From positions 1,440,001-1,504,000 of the forward strand of contig OZ243961.1 of the NCBI GenBank assembly GCA_965214605.1: a stretch of DNA of 64,000 nt, given 5' to 3'. Both the position numbers and the translations under genes were made by a program. The DNA comes from an uncultured Candidatus Binatia bacterium (GTDB lineage Bacteria; Desulfobacterota; Binatia; Bin18). Of the stretch, positions 42,418 through 52,762 are shown one piece after another; within the stretch, counting starts at the first letter, position 1, and each line of letters starts with the position of its first letter. The notes below the pieces were generated by a model. It was not told where the DNA came from. It made no database searches and worked only from the letters and a program-made list of their open reading frames with translations.

Positions 42418-43866
42418 ATGGAAGGCTGGTTGAGAATTGCTCTCCTCACCGTTCTTGGTGCCGGAATCGTTGGCCTGCTCGAAGCTTCCTTTTCCACCCA
42501 TCTCGCCCACGCCCAAGATACCGCCCCCTATGCCGATTATGACGCCTTTACCGCCTCACCCGGCTATCCCGTGTTTACGGTTCACAACCTGTGGATGATG
42601 ATTGCCGCAGCCTTGGTGTTTATCATGCACCTGGGATTTGCCACCCTGGAATCGGGCCTCACCCAGGCTAAAAACACTGTCAACATTCTGTTTAAAAACA
42701 TCTTTATCATCAGCATCGGTCTGCTGACCTACGCCTTTTGCGGCTTCAACCTCATGTATCCGGGCTTTGCCGACGGCTCCTTGGGTCTGTTAGCCTTTGC
42801 CGGCTTTGGCGTTGCGGTCAACGACGTGGTTGCCGGTCAGACCGATGTCTATAACGCCGGCTACACATACTGGACCGACTTTCTGTTTCAGGCAATGTTT
42901 GCCGCTACCGCGGCGACGATTGTCTCGGGGGCGGTGGCCGAACGCATCAAGCTGTCGTCTTTCATGGTCTTTGCCACCATCTATGTTACTGTGTCCTACC
43001 CGATTACCGGGAGCTGGAAATGGGGTGGTGGCTGGCTGGATATGATGAGTACCTCGTTTTACGACTTCGCCGGCTCAACGATTGTGCATTCAGTCGGCGG
43101 TTGGGGGGCGCTGGCCGGCGCAATCCTGCTCGGTCCCCGACTCGGCAAGTACGCCGCCGATGGGCGGGTGAGGCCGATTCTGCCCAGCAATATGCCGCTA
43201 GCCACAATCGGGGTCTTCCTGCTGTGGTTGGGTTGGTTTGGGTTTAATGGCGGCTCAGTGTTAAATGCGGATCCACATCTGGTCTCGCTCACGCTCATGA
43301 ATACCTGTTTAGCGGCCGCGGCCGGATCGCTTGGCGCTATGGTGACTTCGTGGATCGTGTTGAAAAAGCCAGATCTGTCGATGGCGCTGAACGGTATTCT
43401 AGGTGGCCTGGTTGGCATTACAGCCGGAGCTGATCAGATGGCGGCCATGTCGTCGACCATCATCGGCCTGATTGCCGGAGCGCTCGTTGTCTTCTCGGTC
43501 CTCTTCCTTGACAAAGTGAAGATTGATGATCCGGTCGGGGCCATATCCGTTCACCTGGTGGCCGGTATTTGGGGGACCTTGGCGGTCGGGATCTTCGGTG
43601 GTTTGGCCGGCGGAGCCCAGCTTTTCAGCCAGATAATCGGGATTGTCAGCATCGGCATTTTCTCCTTCGCCTTTGCCTTCATTGTTTTCAGCATCATCAA
43701 AGCGTCAATGGGCTTACGGGTGAACGAAGACGAAGAGTTTGAAGGGCTCGACGTTGGTGAACACGGCAACGTCGCGTATGCCGACTTTCAGACTGCGTCG
43801 GTTGGCGGCGGTGTCATTCCTGGTGGCAGAGGGAGTCTTTCTCCAGCCGGACCTCCGAAGGTCTAA
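42418..43866 (+). CDS. amtB: Ammonium transporter
   Basis: FQAMFAATAATIVSGAVAER, DFAGSTIVH, WFGFNGGS, DDPVGAISVH, GLDVGEHG; start at ATG after AGGAGG. Confidence 0.95.
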   Translation: MEGWLRIALLTVLGAGIVGLLEASFSTHLAHAQDTAPYADYDAFTASPGYPVFTVHNLWMMIAAALVFIMHLGFATLESGLTQAKNTVNILFKNIFIISIGLLTYAFCGFNLMYPGFADGSLGLLAFAGFGVAVNDVVAGQTDVYNAGYTYWTDFLFQAMFAATAATIVSGAVAERIKLSSFMVFATIYVTVSYPITGSWKWGGGWLDMMSTSFYDFAGSTIVHSVGGWGALAGAILLGPRLGKYAADGRVRPILPSNMPLATIGVFLLWLGWFGFNGGSVLNADPHLVSLTLMNTCLAAAAGSLGAMVTSWIVLKKPDLSMALNGILGGLVGITAGADQMAAMSSTIIGLIAGALVVFSVLFLDKVKIDDPVGAISVHLVAGIWGTLAVGIFGGLAGGAQLFSQIIGIVSIGIFSFAFAFIVFSIIKASMGLRVNEDEEFEGLDVGEHGNVAYADFQTASVGGGVIPGGRGSLSPAGPPKV

Positions 43867-43951
43867 ACTCAGATCAGAGAAAAGACCTCAATTCGCGGTC
43901 GCCTTCTTTCTGTTGTTTCTGGACACACCAGATCCCAGCGCGTAGCGAACC

Positions 43952-45142
43952 ATGAACGCGTTACAAAAACGTTTCGAAGCGCTGTTTTCGATCGGAACGG
44001 AGATTTCTTCGACCTTGCAGCTCGACGAGGTTCTGAGCCGAGTTGCGGCCCACGCCTGTCGGCTGATGGAGGCGCGAGTTGCCTCCCTGTTGCTGATCGA
44101 TACCGAACGCGGCACCCTCCGCCCCGCCGCGACCTACGGCGCTAGCGACGCCTATCTGGCCCTGCCTGATCGAGAGGTCGCTTCGAGTTTAATCAGTCAG
44201 GTCATCACCACCGGCCGACCGCTGCACATTCCGGATGTGCGCAAAGAAACCCGCTATCGCGTCTCCGACGTGGCGCGCCGGGAAGGCCTGTGTACACTGT
44301 TGTCGATCCCGCTGCGAACCAAAACAGCGATCGTTGGCGTACTCAACGTGTATACTGGTGAACCGCGCTGTTTTGATGACGACGACTTGCGGCTGTTGAC
44401 CTTGCTGGCCAGCCAGTCAGCCATCGCCATTGAAAACGCAAAGTTGCATCGCGATGAAATGGAGACCCATGAACGGCTGCGCCAGTCAGGAAAATTGGCC
44501 GCGCTAGGAACCTTATCGGCCGGTTTTGCCCATGAGCTGCGCAATCCCCTCAACACGGTCAGCATGCTCATATATGCCATGGGCCAAGACATGTCGACCA
44601 ACAATGCTTTCGCGGCCGATATTGAGATCGTGAAGAGCGAGCTCGCCCGCATGTCGCTGCTGATCGAGCAATTTCTCGAATTTGCCCGCCCGCGCCCACC
44701 CCACTTTCAACGGGAACGGATCGAAGAAGTTATGGAAGAAACCTTGCTGTTGATCGGGCTGGAAGCCCGAACGCGGGGGATTCGGGTGATCAGAGACTGG
44801 TCTAAAGACCTGCCCCCAGTCTGGGCCGACGGGACACAGATCAAGCAAGTCTTTCTGAATCTGTTACTCAACGCCATGCAGGCTATGGGCCATGGCGGCA
44901 CCCTGACCGTACGCATCGTGGTCAGTGGCGGCAGTCTGCTGACCATCATTATCGACGAGGGCGAGGGTATTTCGCCCGAGGTCCGGGCCAAACTGTTTGA
45001 GCCGTTTTGTAGCACCAAACAGGGAGGGACTGGGCTGGGCTTAGCGATTTCCCAACGGATTATTGAGTGTCATAACGGCCGACTTCGCCTGTCCTCTCAG
45101 CCGGGAGCAGGAACCGCAGCGATTATCCGTCTCCCCTTATAA
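43952..45142 (+). CDS. GAF-domain sensor histidine kinase
   Basis: GAF (LLSIPL..GVLNVY, QSAIAIENA), HELRNPL, NLLLNAMQA, DEGEG, GTGLGL; soluble. Confidence 0.9.
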   Translation: MNALQKRFEALFSIGTEISSTLQLDEVLSRVAAHACRLMEARVASLLLIDTERGTLRPAATYGASDAYLALPDREVASSLISQVITTGRPLHIPDVRKETRYRVSDVARREGLCTLLSIPLRTKTAIVGVLNVYTGEPRCFDDDDLRLLTLLASQSAIAIENAKLHRDEMETHERLRQSGKLAALGTLSAGFAHELRNPLNTVSMLIYAMGQDMSTNNAFAADIEIVKSELARMSLLIEQFLEFARPRPPHFQRERIEEVMEETLLLIGLEARTRGIRVIRDWSKDLPPVWADGTQIKQVFLNLLLNAMQAMGHGGTLTVRIVVSGGSLLTIIIDEGEGISPEVRAKLFEPFCSTKQGGTGLGLAISQRIIECHNGRLRLSSQPGAGTAAIIRLPL

Positions 45143-45157
45143 TTGACAACATGATGG

Positions 45158-46564
45158 ATGCATATGGATAAGATTCTTGTAGTTGATGACGAACGCAACG
45201 TCCATTATTCATTCCAACGCGTCTTGGGCGGTGCATACGAGGTCGTGTCGGCGTACTCGGGCGAAGAGGCGCTGCAACAGATCGGCGATCCCGCCCTACG
45301 GCTAGTCCTGATGGACGTCCGTATGCCGGGCAAAGACGGGCTGACAACGCTCCAGGAACTCAAGCAACAACGGCCCGGTCTGCCGGTGATTATCATGACC
45401 GCCTTTGTGTCGGCCGAGACCGCGATTCAAGCCACAACCTTTGACGCCGAGGATTATCTTGAAAAACCACTTGATGTTGAGACGCTCAAGCAACTGATTA
45501 CCGATACTCTCCAGCACCCGCTCCGAGCCGGAATCGGCGCGGGAGAAACACCAGATGAGGCGGTCAGCCCAGACGCGATGACACCCGGCGGCGTGTCCTT
45601 GTTTGGCCAAAGCCGGGCGATGCAAGAAGTGTATAAGACGATCGGGAAAACCGCGGCTCGCGACGTGACCGTTCTCATCACCGGAGAGAGCGGGACCGGC
45701 AAAGAATTAGTCGCTCGCGCGATCAAGACCTACTCAAAACGTGACCGTGGTCCTTTTGTGGCGCTGAACTGTGCCGCCATTCCAGAATCCTTACTAGAGA
45801 GTGAACTCTTTGGCCATGAACGCGGTGCCTTTTCCGGGGCAACCGAGGCGCGACCGGGCAAGTTTGAGTTGGCTCATAGAGGGACGCTTTTTCTGGATGA
45901 AATCGGCGATATGCCCCTCGTTTTGCAGTCGAAGCTGCTGCGCATGCTCCAGGAACGGGAGCTGTATCGACTGGGCGCTCGCGCTCCTAGACCGGTCGAT
46001 GTACGCATCATTGCGGCCACCAACCAAGCCCTAGAGGACCTAGTACAAACGGGGCAATTTCGTGAAGATTTATACTACCGGCTCAATGTGGTGCGTATCA
46101 ACCTCCCTCCGCTGCGCGAGCGGGGAGGCGATATTATGTTATTGGCGAACCGTTTTCTCCAACGCCAACGCACCGTACGGGGGCCGTGCCGCTTTTCCGA
46201 AACTGCCCACCAGACGCTCCTCGACTATGCCTGGCCGGGTAATGTGCGTGAGTTGGAGAACGTCATCGCCCAGGCTATTCTGCGCACCCGGAGTCCGGTT
46301 ATTCAGGCTGAGGACCTCGCGCTGCACGTAAGTCGGCCGCCTTCAACAACGGCATCCCAGGAAGCGGCCCCGATGAGCTCTTCGAGCGTCGACCTAGCGG
46401 TCCTCTTTGATCAGCACGCCGGCAACGTCTTCGCCGCTGCTGAGCAGCTACTGGTCAGTAAGGCGCTTGAGCTTACCCGTTACAATCAGGTCCGAGCTGC
46501 GCGTTTGCTCGGCATCAGCCGCAATGTCCTGCGTGACCGGATGAAACGCTACAGCCTGCGGTAA
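45158..46564 (+). CDS. Sigma54-dependent response regulator (NtrC family)
   Basis: REC (VVDD, MDVRMP), GESGTGKE, ESELFGHERGAFSGA, LFLDEIG, FREDLYYRL, WPGNVRELEN, Fis-type HTH. Confidence 0.93.
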   Translation: MHMDKILVVDDERNVHYSFQRVLGGAYEVVSAYSGEEALQQIGDPALRLVLMDVRMPGKDGLTTLQELKQQRPGLPVIIMTAFVSAETAIQATTFDAEDYLEKPLDVETLKQLITDTLQHPLRAGIGAGETPDEAVSPDAMTPGGVSLFGQSRAMQEVYKTIGKTAARDVTVLITGESGTGKELVARAIKTYSKRDRGPFVALNCAAIPESLLESELFGHERGAFSGATEARPGKFELAHRGTLFLDEIGDMPLVLQSKLLRMLQERELYRLGARAPRPVDVRIIAATNQALEDLVQTGQFREDLYYRLNVVRINLPPLRERGGDIMLLANRFLQRQRTVRGPCRFSETAHQTLLDYAWPGNVRELENVIAQAILRTRSPVIQAEDLALHVSRPPSTTASQEAAPMSSSSVDLAVLFDQHAGNVFAAAEQLLVSKALELTRYNQVRAARLLGISRNVLRDRMKRYSLR

Positions 46565-46656
46565 CCAGCGTCGGGCAGTCTGATCATTTTCACTGGCCCG
46601 AGCATACGCGAGGTGCAGGATCTGAGAGTCAGTGTATATTTAAGGAGGTTGTACAT

Positions 46657-46920
46657 ATGTCGTGGCTAGAGCAAATAGTTGATCGGCTTGCCGCTACCAG
46701 CGGACAATCGGCCGAATCTCTTGTTGTGACTCCGGATCAGGTGCGAGAGCTACTTGATCTGGCTGGAGGGGCGGCGCGCAGCAGCGGCAACCGAATCAAT
46801 GCACCGCTGCTGTGCTACGTGCTAGGTCTCGCCGTGGGACGAGGAGCAGCGTTCAATGGGCTGGCCGAAGCAGTTCGTGAAGCGCTGGCCGACGAGGATT
46901 CGGACACGACGGACGACTAA
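46657..46920 (+). CDS. DUF6457-like small protein
   Basis: LLDLAG.AARS..R..APL..YVLGLAVGRG; AAGGAGG RBS. Confidence 0.7.
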   Translation: MSWLEQIVDRLAATSGQSAESLVVTPDQVRELLDLAGGAARSSGNRINAPLLCYVLGLAVGRGAAFNGLAEAVREALADEDSDTTDD

Positions 46921-46980
46921 ACAGCGTATCGACCCCGTCCTTGTTTATCATTCTCAGTCCGAGAGTATCAGAGGTCATGG

Positions 46981-47453
46981 CCAGGCTCAGAACAACACAA
47001 ACTCGATACCCATATTCTCTACCAGATTGCGACACTGCACTGGCCCGAGCTTGACGCGGCGAGCAAGACACGGTTGTGCACTCTCCCCTTCTGGGACGAG
47101 GCGGCGGTAACAGCACGCACCGCCACCGCTAAAATGCAGGCCCGGGCGGAGCTGGAGGCAGATTCCCTTATCCACCAGGCTATTGCGCTCCAAGGCTTGG
47201 AAGAGGTGCGCCCCTCACAGCTGCTCGGATCCCTGCCGCAGACTTATGATGTCTGTCCTCCCAGCGAGAGCGCTCTTACCCTGTCGACCGCCTTCTCGGC
47301 AGATATCGAGTGAGCCTTTTATGCCAACCGACTATAGGGAGTGCTTTGATTCCTTTTTTGCCTTTAGCCTGTTTACCCGGCCCCTCGGGCTCTTTCCCGC
47401 CCGCGCTGAGAGAACTCTTCGAGCCCATCGTCCAAGCGGCAGCCACCCATTCC
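46981..47453 (+). pseudogene. Degraded ferritin-like domain gene
   Basis: GSEQHK..WPELDAASKTRL.TLPFWDEA...AIALQGLEE.R...E*AF / MPTDYRECFDSFFAF / SGSFPPALRELFEPIVQ across three frames; matches a family I recall with EWAFM..GYGECFDSFFAF. Confidence 0.7.
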
Positions 47454-47651
47454 CATGGGCGGCCCCCTGGCGACGCTGACCATCCAGGCCTGGAGGAGGT
47501 GGCTACAGACGGCCCGTGGTATGGACAAGGAACACTATACTATACGAGGCCACGCCGCCATCGACGATTGAGCAGGGACGGTCAACGTCTGGGGTGCCCA
47601 CTTATCACTAGGGCTGTGCGTTGGGTTTTGGGCGAGCCAAGAGCCGACGGC

Positions 47652-48764
47652 TCAGCGCACGCTTTGGTAGCCCGGCGTCCTATCCTTGGAAAACACAATC
47701 TGCCACAGCTGAAGGCGATGGGCCTCAAACCCAGCGGCGAAGGACAATAGGTAATACTCCCACATGCGCCGAAACTGCTCGTCGTAGCGATCCTGTAAGC
47801 TGGGCCAGCTGTTCCGAAAATTGCTGCACCAGGCGCGCAGCGTTCTAATATAATCGGCGCCAAAATTGTGCCAGTCTTCCATCACCAATAGTCCGTCTAT
47901 GGCTTCTCCGAGCTGCTTGACAGACGGCAGGGTACCGCCCGGGAAAATATATTTGTTGATCCACGGATCGCCGCTGTGGACGGTCCGGTTCAGGCCCATC
48001 GTATGTAACAGGAAGAGACCGGCGGGCTCAAGGCAGGCGTCAACGACTCGAAAAAAATCTGGGTAGTTTTTATAGCCGACGTGCTCGAACATGCCGATTG
48101 AGACGATCGCGTCGAACTGTCCGTTGATCTCGGCTCTCAGCTTACGATAATCTTGTAGCATGATTTCAACTGGTAGCCCGCGGCACAGCCCATCGGCCAG
48201 TATCTGCTGTTCTTTGGAAACCGTGATACCGACCACCTCGACCTGATACTGCTGAGCCGCGTACTTAGCAAAACTGCCCCATCCGCAGCCAATATCGAGT
48301 ACCCGCATACCGGGCTGCAGCTGGACTTTCTGACAGATGAGTTCCAGCTTGGCCTCTTGGGCTTCATCCAGCGTCGCCGCCTTCTTCCAGTAGCCGCAGC
48401 TATAGACCATGCGCTTGTCTAACATTTTTTTGTACAGGTCGTTGCCGATATCGTAGTGTCGCTCGCCGATCTCAAAGGCCCGGGCTTTCCGCTGCTGATT
48501 CATCAACCTAGCAACTAGCGTATGGAGCCGTTCGCGGAGCGAACTGACTTTCTCATCAAGGCGTGCCTTGAGGATCTTGGCCAGGCATTGATCAAGCGCT
48601 TGACAGTCCCACCAACCGTCCACATAGGACTCTCCGAGCCCGAGCGAGCCGGATCCCAAAATCCGCCGATAAAAACGGGGATTACGGACGTGGATATCCC
48701 ACGGCCGGTCGCCGTCTATCTGAATATCCGCTTGGGCGAGGAGATTCCGCAGGGTGTCTTGCAT
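47652..48764 (-). CDS. cfa: Cyclopropane-fatty-acyl-phospholipid synthase
   Basis: LGLGESYVDGWW, HYDIGNDLY, YSCGYW, LDIGCGWG, SIGMFEHVG, KYIFPGG, RMWEYYL. Confidence 0.95.
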   Translation of the reverse strand: MQDTLRNLLAQADIQIDGDRPWDIHVRNPRFYRRILGSGSLGLGESYVDGWWDCQALDQCLAKILKARLDEKVSSLRERLHTLVARLMNQQRKARAFEIGERHYDIGNDLYKKMLDKRMVYSCGYWKKAATLDEAQEAKLELICQKVQLQPGMRVLDIGCGWGSFAKYAAQQYQVEVVGITVSKEQQILADGLCRGLPVEIMLQDYRKLRAEINGQFDAIVSIGMFEHVGYKNYPDFFRVVDACLEPAGLFLLHTMGLNRTVHSGDPWINKYIFPGGTLPSVKQLGEAIDGLLVMEDWHNFGADYIRTLRAWCSNFRNSWPSLQDRYDEQFRRMWEYYLLSFAAGFEAHRLQLWQIVFSKDRTPGYQSVR

Positions 48765-49562
48765 GGCCTAGTCTCCTTGCGCTGACAGCCGGCGTCAGAA
48801 GGCCAACGGCAATTAAAGTGCGGAGAAAAAAGCAGCGCTTTTTCTCAGTCTCCGGTCGTAGACAATCATACTGGAATGTATCTGGACTACTACGGAAGCA
48901 CAGTTGGGAACTGATAGCAAGTCAATGACTGCCATGGTCTGAGAGACCAGGAACTAGGATTGGAGACAATCGCCCACTGGGCCCCTGACAAGCCTCGTGT
49001 GAAGGCCAACGGCAAAAGTAAAACAGTCCCGGCTTAAAGCGTCAAAAGCCACCGCGGTGAAGAAGCAATCGCAGCTCGGTCGATTTTTTACACCGGCAAG
49101 AGCGGCGTGGGGCCATTCGTCAGGAGCCGGGAGCGGCTCTCTGAGTGCGGCCTTGAAAGATTGGCCGCTGATGCTTTTGAGCTTGACTAGTTCCTGCATC
49201 CTTATTGAATGAGAAGCTCGAGAAATACAAGCAGCATCTCAATATCGCGTTATACGTCGGCGAGGCGACTTCATAGAAACTGCGGTGCAATCAATGTGTG
49301 GGAGTCTTTTTCCCACAAGCTCTTCCCTGCACCCACCCTCCTGAATCCGCCGGACAAGCCAATTTCTTCATACTGCAGCCTTACGCAGGGCTGGTCTTGA
49401 AACGGGCACTCTCTACCCATCTTCGCCTACCTTCTCTCTTATCCTTGTTGAAAATCATGGTCAGCCTCTCGCCCTCATCTCACCCAACTTCTGCAACGGT
49501 TCGCACCATCGCCTTTTCACGAGTTTATCGAGGAGTGCACCGCAATCCAAAGCTGAAGCCCG

Positions 49563-50125
49563 GAAGCTTAGGACGATAAATTAACGGGTTCTCTTGTCCC
49601 ACGCGAGACACTGGCTGCAAGATATGCTAAGGAGTGCTGGCAAAACCGAGTTCCGGCACAAAATCGCACGAGCAAGAGGATAAACCTGATTCTTAGTGAA
49701 CACAGTCAGCTTATTCGGGCGATTATTCAGGACTTCGGACCCCGTTCTCCGCCCGGGTAGCGTGCTCATCTGTGTCGTGGACGTAGGAGACAAGGGGGGC
49801 TGTTTTGATGCATCATTTGCTCACCGATCTCGCCGTCGATGTTGATCTGCACAATAAAATGCCGGATGTGGTGATTTACGATACTCGACACAGCTGGGGC
49901 TTTTTCTGGTCGAGTCCGCCACAAGTCATAGGCCGGTTGATGGAAAACGACACGCCGAGCTAGTCCGATTGTTCACAGGGGCAAAAGTGGGGACACTCTA
50001 TAATAACGGCATTCCCGACCCGGGCCCCTATGGACCGATCCCTTGGAGACATTGCGTGGGAAACCGAAGTGCCTCCTGCCGAGGCACCATCGCAGTTCAT
50101 CCACTTCGATGGTAAATCTCCTAGA
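49563..50125 (+). pseudogene. BsuBI/PstI family type II restriction endonuclease, degraded C-terminal part
   Basis: EA*DDKL...RETLAARYAKE...SEHSQLIRAIIQDFGPR / HNKMPDVVIY / LVESATSHRPVDGKRHAELVRLF / TAFPTR / GDIAWETEV..AEAPSQFIHFDG with stops and frameshifts. Confidence 0.8.
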
Positions 50126-50251
50126 ATCGCATCATGCTCCCTAACAAGGCGGTGTCTCATATCTCCAGAACTCGATTATTTCTAGGCCACAGCCGTCAAC
50201 AATGAGACCTCGTTGGCAGGAGATTTCATGAGAGTTGAGTAAGGAAGGTCG

Positions 50252-52762
50252 ATGCCAGAACAAGAAAAACCGCAGCCGCCTCCCGTAGAGCTCCCGTCGC
50301 CAACGCCGATTATTCTGCGTGACGGCACGACGGCGTACCTGCGTCCGGCCCGATCAGACGACGTTGAAAAGCTCCAAGCGTTATTTGAGCGCGCCTCGCT
50401 AGAGTCAGTATGGTTGCGTTTCTTCACCGCCTCAACCCGGGTTAGTCGCCGCGAGATCGACCGCATGCTCGATATCGACGGCGTCGCCCGAATGACCTAT
50501 GTGGTCACCCGGGGCGAGGAGGCCGAGGAGCAAATCCTGGCTATTGGTAACTATGTCCGTCTGCCACGTTGGGATACGGCTGAGGTCGCCTTCTTCGTCG
50601 ATGACGCCTACCACGGGAGAGGCCTCGGTACGGTCCTATTGGAACGCTTGACCGCCTATGCCAAGCAGCAGCACATCCTCACTATTGTGGCGACTGTCCG
50701 ACCGGAGAACAGCAAGATGCTCGAAGTGTTCCGCCAAAGTGGCTTTGAACCGCATATCGCTTGGGACGAAGGGGTGATGCGGGTCGAGCTGCCGGCTACG
50801 CCCAGTGAGAAGGCGCGCGCCCAAGCCGAAGCCCGTGAGAAAATCGCAACCGCGGCCTCGCTTGATCCCTTCTTCCGGCCTCAATCCATCGCCGTGATCG
50901 GCATTTACCATCTGCACGAACTCGGCCGACGCGTCTTTGAACAGCTCATTCGGACCGGATTTAACGGTCCGGTCTATCCGGTTCATCCCCATGCCCGGTC
51001 GATTGCTGCAGTCCGTGCCTTTCCCTCTATTGCTGAGATTCCCGACGAGATTGAGCTAGCGATTCTGGCTGTTCCGGCCGATCAGATTCTGGCCGAGCTA
51101 GACGCCTGTGCGACCAAACACGTCCGGGTCGTTCTGGTGCTATCAACCGGCTTTGAAGAGACCGACGCTGAGGGATTGCAACGCCAAAACACGCTGCTCA
51201 AAAAGGCGCGGGCCCACGGGATGCGGGTGGTAGGCCCCAACTGCATCGGGCTGCTCAATACCGCCCCAGACATCAGCCTGAATGCCACCGTCATTCCCAA
51301 CCCAGTTCAGCCCGGTCGGATTGCCATCTCGACCCAAAGCGGGGCGCTTGGGGTGGCCGCGCTCGGCTATCTCCAGACCTCAGATCTTGGCATCTCCATG
51401 TTTGTCAATGTCGGTAATAAAGCCGACGTGTCTGGCAATGATCTGCTCCAATACTGGGAGGAAGATCCGTCAACCGACCTGATTTTGCTCTACCTCGAAT
51501 CCTTCGGGAATCCGCGCAAGTTTGCTCGTATAGCTCGACGGGTGGCCCGGCGGAAACCCATTGTCGCGATCAAAAGTGGCCGGAGCGCGGTCGGAGACAC
51601 GTATGGGGACTATGATGAGTACGCTACAGAGGCATTATTCCGCCAGGCCGGTGTGATTCGGGCAGAGACCCTGGAAGAGAGTTTTGATATTGCCACACTC
51701 TTAACCCGCCAACCGCTGCCGGCCGGAAATCGGGTTGCGGTTGTCACCAACACCGCTGGCCTGGCTGGCCTGTGTGTGGACGCCGGTGAGGCCTACGGGC
51801 TTCAGTTTCCGGCCCTGAGCCCGGCTACAGTTGAAGCTTGCCGAGGGTTGCTCCCGCGTGAGGTCGCGCTTGACAACCCGCTGAATCTGCGCCTCGAAGC
51901 CCAACCCGAACACTATAGAACGGCTGTCCAACACGTGCTGAGCGATCCCAATACCGACGCCGTGATCGCCCTGTATGTTCCAATGGGCAACGCCACACGA
52001 CAGGAATTAGCAGAGGTGCTGAGTCAAACCGTGTCCATCGCCGGGCCACAGCCGGGCCGGGCAAAGCCGGTTCTAGCTTGTTTTTTACACCAAGACGCAT
52101 CAGTGATGGGACAAGGCACGGCCAACACTGCGACGAACCTGCCCTTTTTTCGTTTTCCTGAAGCGGCCGCCCGTTCGCTAGCCCATGCAGCGAGATATGC
52201 GGCCTGGCAGTGCAGGCCGCAGGATGCGGTATCTGAACCAAGCCAGGTAGACGCCCAGACCGCTCGCCGCGTGATTGAAACGGCTCTCGACGATCACGGC
52301 CAGGCAGAGCTCGGCCAACGGGCAAGCCGTGAGGTACTCGCGGCTGCCGGTCTGTTGGTATCCGACGTCGTTGCAGAGACGGACGAAACGACGGTCATCG
52401 TTCGTATGGTTGAAGATGCCAGCTTTGGACCGCTGATTGGTTTTGGTTTGAGCGGGGCAGTAGCGGAAGTTTTACACGACTATGCATTCTGTATCACTCC
52501 CTTAAGCAGAACCGATGCCCAGGACCTAGTGCATTCCATCCGGGGCTTTGGCCTGCTCCAGCGCACCTATTCGGCGGCTGATTTGGCCGCCCTTGAGGAC
52601 GTCCTTTTACGGGTGTCCTGGCTGATCGAAGAATGCCCCGAAATCTCTGCCCTTGAGCTTGAGTCCATCTCCATTCGGACCGGCGGCCAAGGCGTGGTAG
52701 CACGGGACGGGCGCATATCCATCCGACCGGTCAGGTCGGTAGAAGGGCTAGCGTTGGGCTGA
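50252..52762 (+). CDS. GNAT plus NDP-forming acyl-CoA synthetase-like fusion (Pat/Pka-type protein lysine acetyltransferase)
   Basis: LRDG...LRFF, AEVAF.VDD.YHGRGLG, P.SIAVIG, GPNCIG, QSGALG, GNKADVSGNDLL, YLESFGNPRKF, FGPLI.FG. Confidence 0.88.
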   Translation: MPEQEKPQPPPVELPSPTPIILRDGTTAYLRPARSDDVEKLQALFERASLESVWLRFFTASTRVSRREIDRMLDIDGVARMTYVVTRGEEAEEQILAIGNYVRLPRWDTAEVAFFVDDAYHGRGLGTVLLERLTAYAKQQHILTIVATVRPENSKMLEVFRQSGFEPHIAWDEGVMRVELPATPSEKARAQAEAREKIATAASLDPFFRPQSIAVIGIYHLHELGRRVFEQLIRTGFNGPVYPVHPHARSIAAVRAFPSIAEIPDEIELAILAVPADQILAELDACATKHVRVVLVLSTGFEETDAEGLQRQNTLLKKARAHGMRVVGPNCIGLLNTAPDISLNATVIPNPVQPGRIAISTQSGALGVAALGYLQTSDLGISMFVNVGNKADVSGNDLLQYWEEDPSTDLILLYLESFGNPRKFARIARRVARRKPIVAIKSGRSAVGDTYGDYDEYATEALFRQAGVIRAETLEESFDIATLLTRQPLPAGNRVAVVTNTAGLAGLCVDAGEAYGLQFPALSPATVEACRGLLPREVALDNPLNLRLEAQPEHYRTAVQHVLSDPNTDAVIALYVPMGNATRQELAEVLSQTVSIAGPQPGRAKPVLACFLHQDASVMGQGTANTATNLPFFRFPEAAARSLAHAARYAAWQCRPQDAVSEPSQVDAQTARRVIETALDDHGQAELGQRASREVLAAAGLLVSDVVAETDETTVIVRMVEDASFGPLIGFGLSGAVAEVLHDYAFCITPLSRTDAQDLVHSIRGFGLLQRTYSAADLAALEDVLLRVSWLIEECPEISALELESISIRTGGQGVVARDGRISIRPVRSVEGLALG

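Noticed and set aside
46918-47313. Open frame continuing about 130 codons past the DUF6457 TAA (possible readthrough)
   Set aside because: Explained by an in-frame ferritin-like pseudogene with further frameshifts, and TAA is a poor readthrough codon.
47311-47313. In-frame TGA/TAG at Trp positions as selenocysteine or a reassigned genetic code
   Set aside because: The same genes carry frameshifts, and intact genes terminate normally at TGA, TAG and TAA.
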